From an uncultured Chloroflexia bacterium (GTDB lineage: Bacteria; Chloroflexota; Chloroflexia; Thermomicrobiales; UBA6265): DNA of 64,000 nucleotides. Below the pieces are notes generated by a model. That model was not told the origin of the DNA. It saw nothing but the letters and a program-made list of their open reading frames with translations, and ran no database searches. The position numbers were made by a program, and so were the translations under genes. The stretch spans positions 1 to 64,000 of the forward strand of contig CAVRUC010000009.1 of NCBI GenBank assembly GCA_963724295.1. Reading direction: 5' to 3'. Each line of letters opens with the position of its first letter. Positions within the stretch are counted from its first letter, which is position 1. Positions 30,874-40,824 of the stretch are shown piece after piece.

Positions 30874-32201
30874 ATGACCAGGTTCGCCTCGGACGGCTCG
30901 CTACCTGGCCATAGCCTTGACCGTCCTCTTTGGCGTACTCGCCGTGCTCGTCGCCAGCAGCTACCTGCGTCAGCACGGCGGCTGGGACATCGAGTCCGGC
31001 AGCAACGACCTGATGACGACCATGCTGTTGGTGCTGGGATTTGTCCTGGCACTCTCAGTCGCGGTCCTGCGACCGGGAGCGGGGAATGTCAATGGCACGC
31101 GGCTGACCTCGGTGATCTGGACCGTCGCCCTGGTGGTTGCGCTCCTCTTTACCTGGCGGGTGATCGTCACTCTGACCGCTGGGAAGATCATGTTGGGACG
31201 ATCGTCACCTCACCCCAGGAGCTGGATGCATTCGTCGCCGCGCATCCGGATGAATTCGCCGCCTATGACTACCGCGTGCCCACGGGGGTTTTCCTGCAAT
31301 CGTTCGAGTTTCTCAACACGAACAATGTCGAGATAGCCGGCTTCGTCTGGCAATCGTACGGACCGGAGATCCCCGATCACGTCATGCGGGGCGTCGTCCT
31401 CCCAGAGGCGGTGGAACGAGGCCTACGAGGCCACGGAAGCTTGGCGGATCGAGGGAGCCGACGGCACGGAGCAGATCGGCTGGTACGTCAACGGCGTCTT
31501 TCGCCAGAACTTCGACTATCGCCTCTATCCCTTTGATCGCCAGGACATCTGGCTCCGCATCTGGTCTCCGGAGCCAGTCGAAGGCGTCATGCTGGTACCC
31601 GATTTCGGCGCCTACCGCGACCTGACGCCGAGTACGTTGCCAGGAGTCGATACTCAGTTCGTCTACGGCGGTTGGGATCCCTTGAATTCCTCAGTTCAGC
31701 TACAACCTGATCGACTACAACACCGATTTCGGCATTGGCTACGGATTTTCTGGCGAGCTTGATCCCGAGCTCTATTTCAATCTCTCGGTCGCGCGTGATT
31801 TCCTCGGCCCAATGCTCGAGCACCTCGTGCTGGAGGGCGCTATCGCCATTCTCCTCTTTTTCCTGCTCGTCTTGATGGCCCATGACAGCGATCTTCAGGA
31901 TCGCGTCGGGTTGACCATCTTCGATCTCATCGTCGCCGCAGGTGGGCTCCTCTTCGCCGTCATTCTCGATCACAACGCCATCCGGGGTATCGTCGAATCG
32001 CAGGATCTGACCTACCTGGAGTGGATCCCACTGATCCTCGATGTCTTCATCGTGCTGGTCGTGCTCACGGCGGTGCTGCGCGTCAAACGCTGGCGACTTC
32101 CGGTCATCGGCTACAGCGGTGATCTGATACCCGTCATTGCCTACTGGCCGGCGCTCATCGGCTCGGTGCTGGCCGTGACGCTGCTCGTCTTTTTCTATTA
32201 G
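30874..32201 (+). CDS. Prokaryotic pentameric ligand-gated ion channel (Pro-loop receptor) with extra N-terminal TM helices; four frameshifts
   Basis: Stitched translation gives RVPTGVFLQSFEF, GFVWQSY, FDYRLYPFDRQDIWLRI (Pro-loop, YPFD at 31526-31537), GGWDP, ELYFNLSVAR, then four TM helices with LTYLE before M3. Confidence 0.75.
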
Positions 32202-32220
32202 AGCGTGGTACGCACGACGC

Positions 32221-32299
32221 GTCATTCCGACGAAGGAGGAATTTCATTGCTGCACGTACAAACGAGACGAGACGAGATCCCTCGTGCCTCGGGATGACA
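32221..32299. repeat. GTCATTCC...GGATGACA-type REP-like inverted pair
   Basis: gtcattccgacgaaggaggaatttc ... gagatccctcgtgcctcgggatgaca. Confidence 0.65.
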
Positions 32300-33060
32300 C
32301 GACGTATCTCATGCTGGCCACGCCGCGCTCCGGGAGCACCCTCCTCGGTCAGGGTTTGCAGGCGAGTGGTCTGGCCGGAGACCCGAAGGAGTTCTTCGGG
32401 CACAAGATGCCGTTCTGGATGGAGCGATGGCAGACACCGACCCTGCCAGCCTTTACCGCCCAGCTACGCCAGGCGCGCGCGACTCCGAATGGGGTTTTCG
32501 GCGCCAAGCTGCTCTACCGGCAACTCCTCCATCTCGAGAGCCTGGCGCGACAGGACCCTGAGCTGGCGGACCTGCCGTTGCCGGAGATCCTCGATCGCCT
32601 CTTCCCGGATCTGCATCTCGTCTGGGTGACCCGGGAGGACAAGGTGCGACAGGCCATCTCCTGGTTCAAAGCCCGCCAGACCGGTGTCTGGGGGCAGGGC
32701 CAGGAGCAGTACGCTCCGAAGCTGGGTCGCGCCTGGCGCCTCGGAGACGAACCGCTGCAGCCGGGAGAGCTCGCCTTCGACTTCGAGGGGATCGCTACGC
32801 TCGTGCGGCAGGCAGAAGCGGAGGATGCCGCCATCGGCCAGTTCTTCGCCACGAATGGGATCGAGCCGTTCCGCGTCGTCTACGAGGAGTTCAGCCCTCG
32901 CTACGAGGAGACCGTCTTCGCCCTGCTGCGCTGGCTGGGTGTCACCCCTCCGCCCGATCTCACCCTTCCCAACCCGCGCACGGTCAAGCTCGCCGACGAC
33001 CGCACCGACGACTGGGTCGCCCGCTTCCGCGAGCTCCAATCCGCGGGCACACCAGGCTGA
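32284..33060 (+). CDS. Stf0/LpsS family sulfotransferase
   Basis: ATPRSGSTLL PAPS loop, TPNGVFGAKL, REDKVRQAISW..ARQTGVW, VVYEE. Confidence 0.9.
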   Translation: MPRDDTTYLMLATPRSGSTLLGQGLQASGLAGDPKEFFGHKMPFWMERWQTPTLPAFTAQLRQARATPNGVFGAKLLYRQLLHLESLARQDPELADLPLPEILDRLFPDLHLVWVTREDKVRQAISWFKARQTGVWGQGQEQYAPKLGRAWRLGDEPLQPGELAFDFEGIATLVRQAEAEDAAIGQFFATNGIEPFRVVYEEFSPRYEETVFALLRWLGVTPPPDLTLPNPRTVKLADDRTDDWVARFRELQSAGTPG

Positions 33061-33109
33061 CCGACTGCCACCCAGGCAATGCGGACGTCACCGCGGGATC
33101 GGTCGGCGC

Positions 33110-33460
33110 TCAGTCCCCGCAGTCAGTGTCACAGATTGTTGGCTGACCAGGGGCCTGCTGGCAGCAGAACACTTCAGATGACTGGTCTTGGCAGCACTCC
33201 GTGACGTTCATGCAAACAGCCGTTAGGCCAAGGCAAGTTCCCTGGCAGGTCCATTCGCCGCCTACCTTGCGACACGTCTGCCCCGCGGGACAGGAGTGCT
33301 TGTCGCTCGGCGTACAGTGATGCCTCGGTTCATGGGTCGCCCCTGCGGCGACGATACGTCTCAGACTGAGCAATCCCCCGAAGAGCCCTCCGATTGCCCA
33401 GCGCCGGGAGCCAGCTGCAACACAACTCTTCGTGAGTTGGTCAAAGCGATCAGCGTGCAT
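33110..33460 (-). CDS. Small Cys-rich secreted protein with FDxL...RR leader
   Basis: MHADRFDQLTKSCVAAGSRRWAI; Cys-rich mature part; SD gaaggag. Confidence 0.75.
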   Translation of the reverse strand: MHADRFDQLTKSCVAAGSRRWAIGGLFGGLLSLRRIVAAGATHEPRHHCTPSDKHSCPAGQTCRKVGGEWTCQGTCLGLTAVCMNVTECCQDQSSEVFCCQQAPGQPTICDTDCGD

Positions 33461-33572
33461 GGCTAGTCTCCTTCCCATCTTGGGGCTCTAAAAAGGGCGG
33501 CTCAAACAATGGCGGCTGAGCTGGACCAGTGAGGACGCGGCGCTGGTGGTGGAGTGACGCAGCCCACGCGAT

Positions 33573-33598
33573 GAAGGGGCGCCGATTGGCGCCCCTTC
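33573..33598. terminator. 11-bp hairpin
   Basis: gaaggggcgcc-gatt-ggcgccccttc. Confidence 0.45.
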
Positions 33599-33614
33599 TC
33601 AGATCGAACGAAAG

Positions 33615-33650
33615 CGCGGGGCTCGGCCACTGGATTGGCCGAGCCCCGCG
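33615..33650 (-). terminator. Likely intrinsic terminator of the 33656-34019 gene
   Basis: 15-bp stem cgcggggctcggcca/tggccgagccccgcg followed by ctttcgtt on the minus strand. Confidence 0.65.
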
Positions 33651-33655
33651 TTAGC

Positions 33656-34019
33656 TCAGGCGCACGTACACGTGCCAGAGCAAATGCCGAATATTGGATC
33701 CGCGAAGCACGCGGTCGTTGGCGTGCAGGTCCCTGTTGCGGTGACGCATGCGCAAGAAAAGGTCCCGGTACACGTGCCGGTCACCGGCGCCGCGCACGGA
33801 CCGCGACCGCGGGCACCCGCACTGATGCATTGGCCGCGATCCTTGCCCGGACCGAAGAGCGACTTGCACAGCTTGGCGCACGCGTTGTTCCTCGCCTGCG
33901 TGGTTTGCCGCCCCCCGACCACGGCGATCAGGCTGCCTGCAACCGCGCCAAGCACCCGGCGCCGCGAAGAGCCCGTTGCCAACGCCCTGCTCAGAGTGTC
34001 GAAACTTATGACTGTCCAC
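33656..34019 (-). CDS. Small Cys-rich secreted protein with FDxL...RR leader; 1-nt insertion near 34003
   Basis: SD gaaggagg, GTG GAC AGT CAT AAG TT(T)C GAC gives MDSHKFDTLSRALATGSSRRRVL; Cys/Thr-rich mature part. Confidence 0.7.
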
Positions 34020-34535
34020 GTCGACGTTCCTCCTTCGTAGTGCACCAGGCACCGCCAGGTAGCGGCGCCATTCGGCCCCCGCAGCGGGTGCGAGCGTCGA
34101 GCCGTCGCGCGGCGTCCGGGTGGTACGCCGTAAAGGTATCTACCCGCAAAAGTTGACTTTCTGGTCGTAACATCCAGCGATACCACGGACGTGGGGATAG
34201 TATTCCTTTAATATCTGTCTGTCAATTTTCTCACGAAATCCTCTCTTGCTCGGAGAGGCTGATAGTGATAAGCATGGTCTCGACTCGGCGGTAAACAACC
34301 AGGCCATGAACCGATCCCTGGTTGGCATTTCACGTCGGTGGGGCCGTGAGGGCCGACTGCCGCCCAGCATTTTTGAAGGCCCGTCAATGCCGGCCATGGC
34401 GCCGAGAACTCGCGGCTCCGTTCCTCGATTGGCATGCTCCGCCGGCACGTCGGCGTGCCGCTGAAGCGGCTTCTTCCCGTGGCGCCTCTTCGAGCAGGCG
34501 TTGATCCGAGCGCTCGGGCTGGAGCGGGGGTCGCC

Positions 34536-35494
34536 TCAGCCTTCGGGATCGATGCCCGAGGCGAGCCAACCGCCGTGTGCCCAGGCGGCGAGATCCGAGG
34601 CCGACGAGTGCTGAAACCCGCGCCTCGTACGCGGCGAGATCAGCGGGAGAGACGCGGTCGCGCCACTCACCGGATCCGCCACTACGGAAGAAGGCACGCG
34701 GGTCCTTCCAGCTCCCTCGGGTCCCTGGCGATGCCAGTGGCGCATCGTCGACGGCGCGCTCACGCATCCGTGCCAGGCTCGCCTCCGGCACCAGCTCGCG
34801 CGCGCGTTCCGCTGAGCACGGGATGCCCAGGACGCCCGCCAGGCGCAGCAGCTCCCCCGCGAGGTCAGCGGTCAAGTCGGCGTAGTGGAAGAGAGCAACG
34901 TTCGGGTCGCGCCGACGCTGCCAGCCCGTGTCGAGGTGATGCAGCACCGACGCGAGCGACGGCGGCGAGATCTGCGTCTCGTCCGTGACGAAGGTCCGAA
35001 ACCGCTCGACCGGGTCCTCGGACGGCACGCGGCGTGGCGGCAGCTCGGCCAGGTCCTCGTTGCCGACGGCCGCGGCGCGTAGTTCCATAAAGCGCGCGAT
35101 GTCCAGGTTGGCGGCATGATGCTCGTACGAGATCATGACGTCGCGGGGATCGCGGCCAACCACCAGATACGTGACGTCGGCGTGCAGCGGTAGACCGTCG
35201 AGGGGTGCGTGCGTCTTGATGAAGCGGCGATGCGTCTGGGCGGCGAGCGCCGCCGTCACCTCGGCGCAGCGGGCGGTTGCACATGTCCAGCCACGGCGAG
35301 ACCTGGTCGAGCGACGCCGGGAACGCAGGCCCGTCGAAGATCAAGAGCGCGCACAGCATCTGCGTCCACGTCGTGCCGCACTTCGGCGGAGTGCTGATCA
35401 CCACATCACCCGGCCGGAACGCGAACCCGTCCCAGCGGCCACTGTCGGCGATGATCGAGCGGTAGCGCGTGCGCGGAGCCTGCGAGTCGACCAT
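34536..35494 (-). CDS. Sulfotransferase (Sulfotransfer_1, SULT-like); frameshifts near 35270 and 34600
   Basis: RPGDVVISTPPKCGTTW, RRFIKTH, GRDPRDVMIS, HYADL, FFRSGGSGEW. Confidence 0.85.
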
Positions 35495-36058
35495 CGCGCG
35501 ATTCTACGCGTCGGTCGACGCGAATGCCATCGCACATCGACGCGCGCGTCGCCGGCACCAACGGCGCCCATTGGACGATCACGGTCGCGCTGGTGCTCGG
35601 CTCGACGGCGGCCACTGCCGCCAGCGATGGCACAACCATGCCGATGCCATCGTCGATGAACCGCGGCAGGAGCATGCGAGCCCACATCCAGGACAGCGAT
35701 AGTCTGGTCTACGATCGCCACCCATGAACCAGAAGATGCGGCATAAGCGAGGCAGTTGCATTGAGGGTGGAATTGGCGCAATAGGATGTAAGCGGCGACA
35801 GACTCAGGTGAGTGTTTTGAGACGCGCGAGGAGAACCCGGGCAGGCTCGCCTCGTGTGGAGTCACTGTTACGCCGCGGCGTATCGGAACGAAACGTGCGC
35901 AAGGGGACGACAGCCACTCCGGGCCGCAAGAGCAACCACTGGCGATGGAGCGGAACTGACTCTATGAGAGGAACGAGTAGGTCGAGCGAATATACGCGTT
36001 CTCTTTGGGGCGCCACGCGGCTCAAGCAGAGCGCGCCGTGATAGGAAGGCGGCATGCG

Positions 36059-37387
36059 GTGACAGAGCACGCGCCAACCCAGAGACTGCAGCCGACGCCA
36101 GAACGGCCGGTGCTCGTCGTGGGAGCCGGAATGGCGGGGCTGACGGCCGCTGTGGCGCTCCATGAAGCGGGGGTGCCGGTACAGCTCCTCGAAGGGTCCG
36201 ATGGTGTGGGAGGCCGCATCCGGACCGATCGCCATCCGGCAGGGTATCTGCTCGATCGTGGCTTTCAGGTGCTGCTCGAGGCGTATCCGTTCGCGCGCCG
36301 CTGGATCGATCTGGCCGCGCTCGACCCCGCGCCATTCGATGCCGGCGCACTGATCTGGACGGGGCGACGATTGGTACCGCTAGCGGATCCGCGGCGGCAC
36401 CCCGGCGCGCTACTACGGGATCTGACGAGCCCGGTCTTCGGCGTCACCGACACGGTGCGGCTAGCCAGGCTGGCGCTGCATGCAGCACGCGCGCCGTGGC
36501 GGTCGGCCCGCGAGGCGGCCACGGCTGCGCCGGATCAGTCGGCGGCGGAGGCATTGTGGAGCGCCGGCTTTTCGCCGGCATTCGTCGAGCGGTTCGCCCG
36601 GCCATTTTGGGGCGGCATTACGCTCGATCCGTCGCTGGAACTGAGCGCGGGGCCCTTCAGGTTCACGCTGAAAATGTTTCTGACTAGGCGCGCGCTCTTG
36701 CCACGCGCCGGCATCAGCGCGATGCCAGAACAGCTGGGGCGACGATTGCCGACCAGCACTGTCATTTTGGGGCCGCGCGTCGAGCGGGTGATCGTCGATG
36801 CCGGGCGCGCGACGGGGGTCGCCGTCGATGGGCGGGTGCAGCCGGCGGCGGCGGTGATTGTCGCGACGGACCCGCCGGCGGCACGCGCGTTGACGGGGGT
36901 CGACGCATTGCCGGATCAGCGCGACGGGGTCGGCAGCCTGACGGTATTTCTGGCTGGGCGGCGGCACCCCGGCATCGGACCCCGCCTGGTCCTCGACGGC
37001 ACGGGGCGACTGACGCTCAATCATCTCGCGCCGCTCTCGACGGTGCAGCCGGCGTACGCGCCGCCGGGATCGCAGTTGGTGGCAGCGGTGATCGTCGGTA
37101 AGCGCCTCGAAGAGGGTGACGACGCGACGCTCGCCGTCCGCGCCCGCGACGATGCCGCCCTGCTGCTAGGACACGCGCCGGGCGACTGGGACATCGTGCA
37201 GACGGTGCGCGTGCCGTTTTCGCAGTTCTCGCAGCCGCCGGGCATCTATTCGCGCTTGCCCGGTAATCAGACGGCGATCAGTGGCCTCTACCTCGCCAGC
37301 GAGGCGACGGTCGATTCCAGTTACAACGGTGCGATCGCCAGCGGGGAAGCCGCCGCGCGACTCGTGCAGCAAGCGGTGGCGCGATGA
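36059..37387 (+). CDS. FAD-dependent oxidoreductase (amine oxidase/phytoene dehydrogenase-like)
   Basis: VVGAGMAGL, GGRIRTD, LDRGFQVL, SSYNGAIASG..AA. Confidence 0.85.
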   Translation: MTEHAPTQRLQPTPERPVLVVGAGMAGLTAAVALHEAGVPVQLLEGSDGVGGRIRTDRHPAGYLLDRGFQVLLEAYPFARRWIDLAALDPAPFDAGALIWTGRRLVPLADPRRHPGALLRDLTSPVFGVTDTVRLARLALHAARAPWRSAREAATAAPDQSAAEALWSAGFSPAFVERFARPFWGGITLDPSLELSAGPFRFTLKMFLTRRALLPRAGISAMPEQLGRRLPTSTVILGPRVERVIVDAGRATGVAVDGRVQPAAAVIVATDPPAARALTGVDALPDQRDGVGSLTVFLAGRRHPGIGPRLVLDGTGRLTLNHLAPLSTVQPAYAPPGSQLVAAVIVGKRLEEGDDATLAVRARDDAALLLGHAPGDWDIVQTVRVPFSQFSQPPGIYSRLPGNQTAISGLYLASEATVDSSYNGAIASGEAAARLVQQAVAR

Positions 37388-37841
37388 GCGGGAATTCATT
37401 CGACAGTGCTCACCGCGACCCGCCGACCTGATTCCGGACCTCCAAAGGCTGGAGTCAAATGGCTGTGGTTGGCATGGATAGGAGCGCCGGCGTAACGATC
37501 GAGGAGGCGGCCAAGGCCTAAGCCATCGATAGTCACGACCTTGAGCTAGACCAGCACGCTGACAACTGGCATGGCTCCGCTCGAACCAGACGGGAGACAC
37601 TTCACGCATTTGGTCTTGACGTGGATCAGCCTGACAACTGGGACACCGGCCGCGGTTGCTGCGCCACCGTCTCGTCGGCGGGCAGGAACCCAAGTCGGCT
37701 GGAGATTCCGTGGACATCAGCCGAGCGCCGTACAAGACGGCCAGGCAGGCTCGGGAATCCGCTCTTCCTTGTGTGGACCGCTGTGACGACGGAACCGGAG
37801 CGGCCGCATTAGTGTGGTCTGGCGCGGCTCCGCTGGCCGCT

Positions 37842-38354
37842 CTACGCCTTGGCCGGGTTCGGACAGGGGCGGGCGCAGGCCCGACTACTACCGGGGCAAC
37901 ATCCCGGTGCCGCCACGCAGCGGTCCCCGCGGTGCCCCCCGTCCCGCTTCTCGCAGTCGGCGTTCGTCTCGCATTGATCGACGCAGACATAACCACCCCC
38001 ACAGAAGCTGTAGCCCTGGGTAGTCCAGTGGCAGAGACAGCGGTCGGCGCCAGCGGCGCAGTTAGTCGATCCCAGCGATTGGCACCTGTCCTGATGGATC
38101 GTGCAGATGCCCTGACCCGGCGCCTGTCGACAGTACCGCTTCCTGGTTCCCCGCTTCCGCACGCAGCGGCCGGAGCAGCATTCCAGGTCCGTGGCCCGCC
38201 CGCATCGGCCCCCGGTCCCGCCTTGGCAGGCCGCCGCTACCTCCTGGCGGACGAGTCCGGTGAGCCCGAGGGCAGCCAGCAGGCCGAGGACCGTGCGCCG
38301 GGTACGGCGATGGCTCAGAATCATCGTCAGGCGGTCGAAGCGGGTCGGGTCCAT
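37842..38354 (-). CDS. Cys-rich secreted protein with FDxL...RR leader
   Basis: MDPTRFDRLTMILSHRRTRRTVL; C-C-CC-C-C array then further Cys; SD gaaggagg. Confidence 0.8.
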   Translation of the reverse strand: MDPTRFDRLTMILSHRRTRRTVLGLLAALGLTGLVRQEVAAACQGGTGGRCGRATDLECCSGRCVRKRGTRKRYCRQAPGQGICTIHQDRCQSLGSTNCAAGADRCLCHWTTQGYSFCGGGYVCVDQCETNADCEKRDGGHRGDRCVAAPGCCPGSSRACARPCPNPAKA

Positions 38355-39073
38355 CCGGACCTCCTTCAGTCACGCGCGAGCTTGCGCTCACTCTGACCGC
38401 CCGCCGCCGGCAGTGCTATCCCCAGAACTCAGGAGACAACCGGACAATCGTGCATGTCCGGTGTCTGGTTGCTCGCGTCTCAACCGCATCAGAGCGCTGA
38501 TCGCGTCAGAGCCATGAGACGAGCGCGCCGACGCGGGTCATCGCGCCGGGTCGGGCCGAGTGGCGGAAGCAGAAGATCAAACTGCGGTGGGCAAGGCCGT
38601 GAAGAGCGCGGGGTGCAGGAGGCGGCTGTGGGAAACGGTAATGCGCTGAACCGGGTCGCGACCGCTGCATTACCGTCTCGTCGGCGGGGCGAAAGCCGAG
38701 CTGGCTGTAGAGACCGTGGGCATCGGCGGTATCGAACGCAACAGCCCGTCATTCCCTGCGCTGGACCGGACGACGGCACTGAGCCAAGGGAGCGCGGCAT
38801 GACCAGACGCCCAGCATTGAACCGACCGGCGCGGCGGCTTGCCTCTGCAAGGCAGCGCGTTGTCGCGGCAACCGCAGAGGGGGCCGGCAGGGTGCGGCCG
38901 GCCGCTCGGTGCGCCACCGAGCGGTGTTGCAGCGCGCTCTAAATCCCACCGCCCTTGTTGCACCTAGTGCCAGTCCCGTCCATCCGGTTGGTGAACTCCA
39001 CTCGCTCACACCACCGGCCGATGGCGTGGCCATCGCTGCACGCGCCATCGGCACGGTCACCACGTCTGCGTGG

Positions 39074-39706
39074 TCAGCTGGGCGGTCGTGTGGTTCTCTC
39101 CTCGTCGGTGCGGATGAACGGGGCCGGCCGAGTCGGGTGGTTCGCCGCGCCGTCGACGAGGATGTCGCCATCAAACGTCACCCGACCGGTCGCGGTCGCT
39201 TCACGCTCTTTCCTGGTACTGGTGTTCACCGAGAAGCCCTCGTTCGACGTCGTTCTGACGCGCGTCTCCAGCTTTCCTACCCCTGTCCACGTCACGTCGA
39301 AGGACACCCCGTGTGTCTCACCGAGGTTGTCCCTAACAGTTCCAGTTCCGGTGGCGGTGACGCGCTTGAGGTTCTCGGTGCTCGTGATGATCGCCGGAAC
39401 GGTTCCAGCCCAGCTGAACGAGCTGCCGTCCGGGCAGACGGCCTGGTACTGCACCCTTACCGTTGGGTCCGGGTCGTCTGTATCGGGCGATTCGAAGTCT
39501 CGCGTGCTGCGCACCAGCAGTGTTGCCTGCACCGTCGAGCCATCGGCGCATTCATGCGGTACCGACCAGAAGGCTTGGGCCGTCTCCTCGAAGAAGTAGG
39601 AACGGTCGGCCTGGGCCGACGCGGATGTCGAAAATGCCAGGCCCCCCAGGAGGGCCAACGTGGCGACGAGGAGGCTGCGTCGTCGCCAGGAAGTAGTAGT
39701 GAACAT
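39074..39706 (-). CDS. Hypothetical secreted beta-rich protein
   Basis: Signal peptide ending ASAQA; alternating Thr-rich strands; two Cys. Confidence 0.7.
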   Translation of the reverse strand: MFTTTSWRRRSLLVATLALLGGLAFSTSASAQADRSYFFEETAQAFWSVPHECADGSTVQATLLVRSTRDFESPDTDDPDPTVRVQYQAVCPDGSSFSWAGTVPAIITSTENLKRVTATGTGTVRDNLGETHGVSFDVTWTGVGKLETRVRTTSNEGFSVNTSTRKEREATATGRVTFDGDILVDGAANHPTRPAPFIRTDEERTTRPPS

Positions 39707-39831
39707 GGTTCCCCTCTCGCCTGCTTGATAGAGTCGCCTCGATGCGCGCCGGCTGGCGCCAGGGTCAACGCGCGCCCGCGCGATCTCAAGCTTGGGGCAC
39801 CGCGGGCGGCCGCGGATCGGCCGAACGTCCC

Positions 39832-40179
39832 TTACTTCGATCGGACCTTGGTCGGGTGCGTATCTGACTTTGGTCGGGCAGAAGCGCTCGACCGTGAGTT
39901 CCCTACTCGGGCGGCGGCGCGTTGAGCACGAGGGCTGAAGAAGTCCATGAGGTCTCGGCGTCGGCGGTTCGTCCGGAGCGCCCGGTTAGCGTACCGGTTC
40001 ATGCCGGGGCGCCTGATCATCCTCCTGGCCGGCGCGGCCAGGGTCTTCAACACGTGCAGCCAGTACTTACCGCCGCGCGCCTCGTACGGCGGCCGGGCGT
40101 GGGCGACTACCCCGGGATGCGCGGCGAGCATCCGCATCAGCAAGGTCATGCCCATCCGACCAAACGAGTTGACGAGCAA
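39832..40179 (-). pseudogene. Sulfotransferase N-terminal fragment
   Basis: LVNSFGRMGMTLLMRMLAAHPGV resembles the GRSGTTLL...HP 5'-PSB loop; the frame then degenerates. Confidence 0.45.
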
Positions 40180-40233
40180 TGGAATTGATCCGAGCTGGGA
40201 GCCGTCAAAGTTATTCGCGACTCCGGCGCCCTA

Positions 40234-40824
40234 CTACTTTCCGGGAACGACCTCGCGCGCGGTCTCGTGCTCCGGGTCGAAGAGCAGGCGCGGGACGACC
40301 ATCGCATTCGCGCCGAAGAGGACGAACTCGTAGGCTGGTTGGCCGCCGTAGCCCTGCTGGCGGTGGATGTCCTGCGGCGGGTGCGGGATGATGACCACGT
40401 CGCCCGGCTCCAGGACCCGCTCCTCCATCAGCTCGACGACGGCGTGCCCGGCCCTGGCCCCATCGTCGACGCGCCGCCACGCTTCGTGCCGGTCGCGGCC
40501 GGCGTAGACGCCAACGATGCCCCAGGTGCCGTGCGAGTGGATCGGCGTCGGCTCGTCGGGGTCGAACCGCGACCGGACGAGCGTGAGACCGGACTCGTCG
40601 GTGGAGAGCAGCTCCGATCGGCGTCCGGTGTCAGCGAACAGTTCCGCCGCTGCCTCTCCAGTGGTAACCGTCTGCGTGAAGGCCTCATGGGTCGCCAGGA
40701 CCTCCGGGTCGTGCACCAGCGCCCGCATCCGTTCCACCAGTCGTCCGATGCCCTGCTCACTGGGGCCATCCTGCGCCAGGATGCCGCGCACATCGGCGAG
40801 AAACGCACTGATTGCACCGTCCAT
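40234..40824 (-). CDS. Cysteine/thiol dioxygenase family cupin
   Basis: TPIHSHGTWG and PPQDIHR, a 3-His set. Confidence 0.8.
   Translation of the reverse strand: MDGAISAFLADVRGILAQDGPSEQGIGRLVERMRALVHDPEVLATHEAFTQTVTTGEAAAELFADTGRRSELLSTDESGLTLVRSRFDPDEPTPIHSHGTWGIVGVYAGRDRHEAWRRVDDGARAGHAVVELMEERVLEPGDVVIIPHPPQDIHRQQGYGGQPAYEFVLFGANAMVVPRLLFDPEHETAREVVPGK

Noticed and set aside
35500..36050. Short ORFs between the sulfotransferase and the oxidoreductase
   Set aside because: No motif, SD or convincing composition in any frame
33110..38354. Lanthipeptide cluster, based on the FDxL similarity to FDLD leaders
   Set aside because: No LanB, LanC, LanM, YcaO or dedicated radical SAM gene is nearby, and the leaders have signal-peptide h-regions
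38400..39070. Arg/Ala-rich ORFs in the intergenic stretch
   Set aside because: Composition is typical of non-coding GC-rich frames, and I recognised no structure
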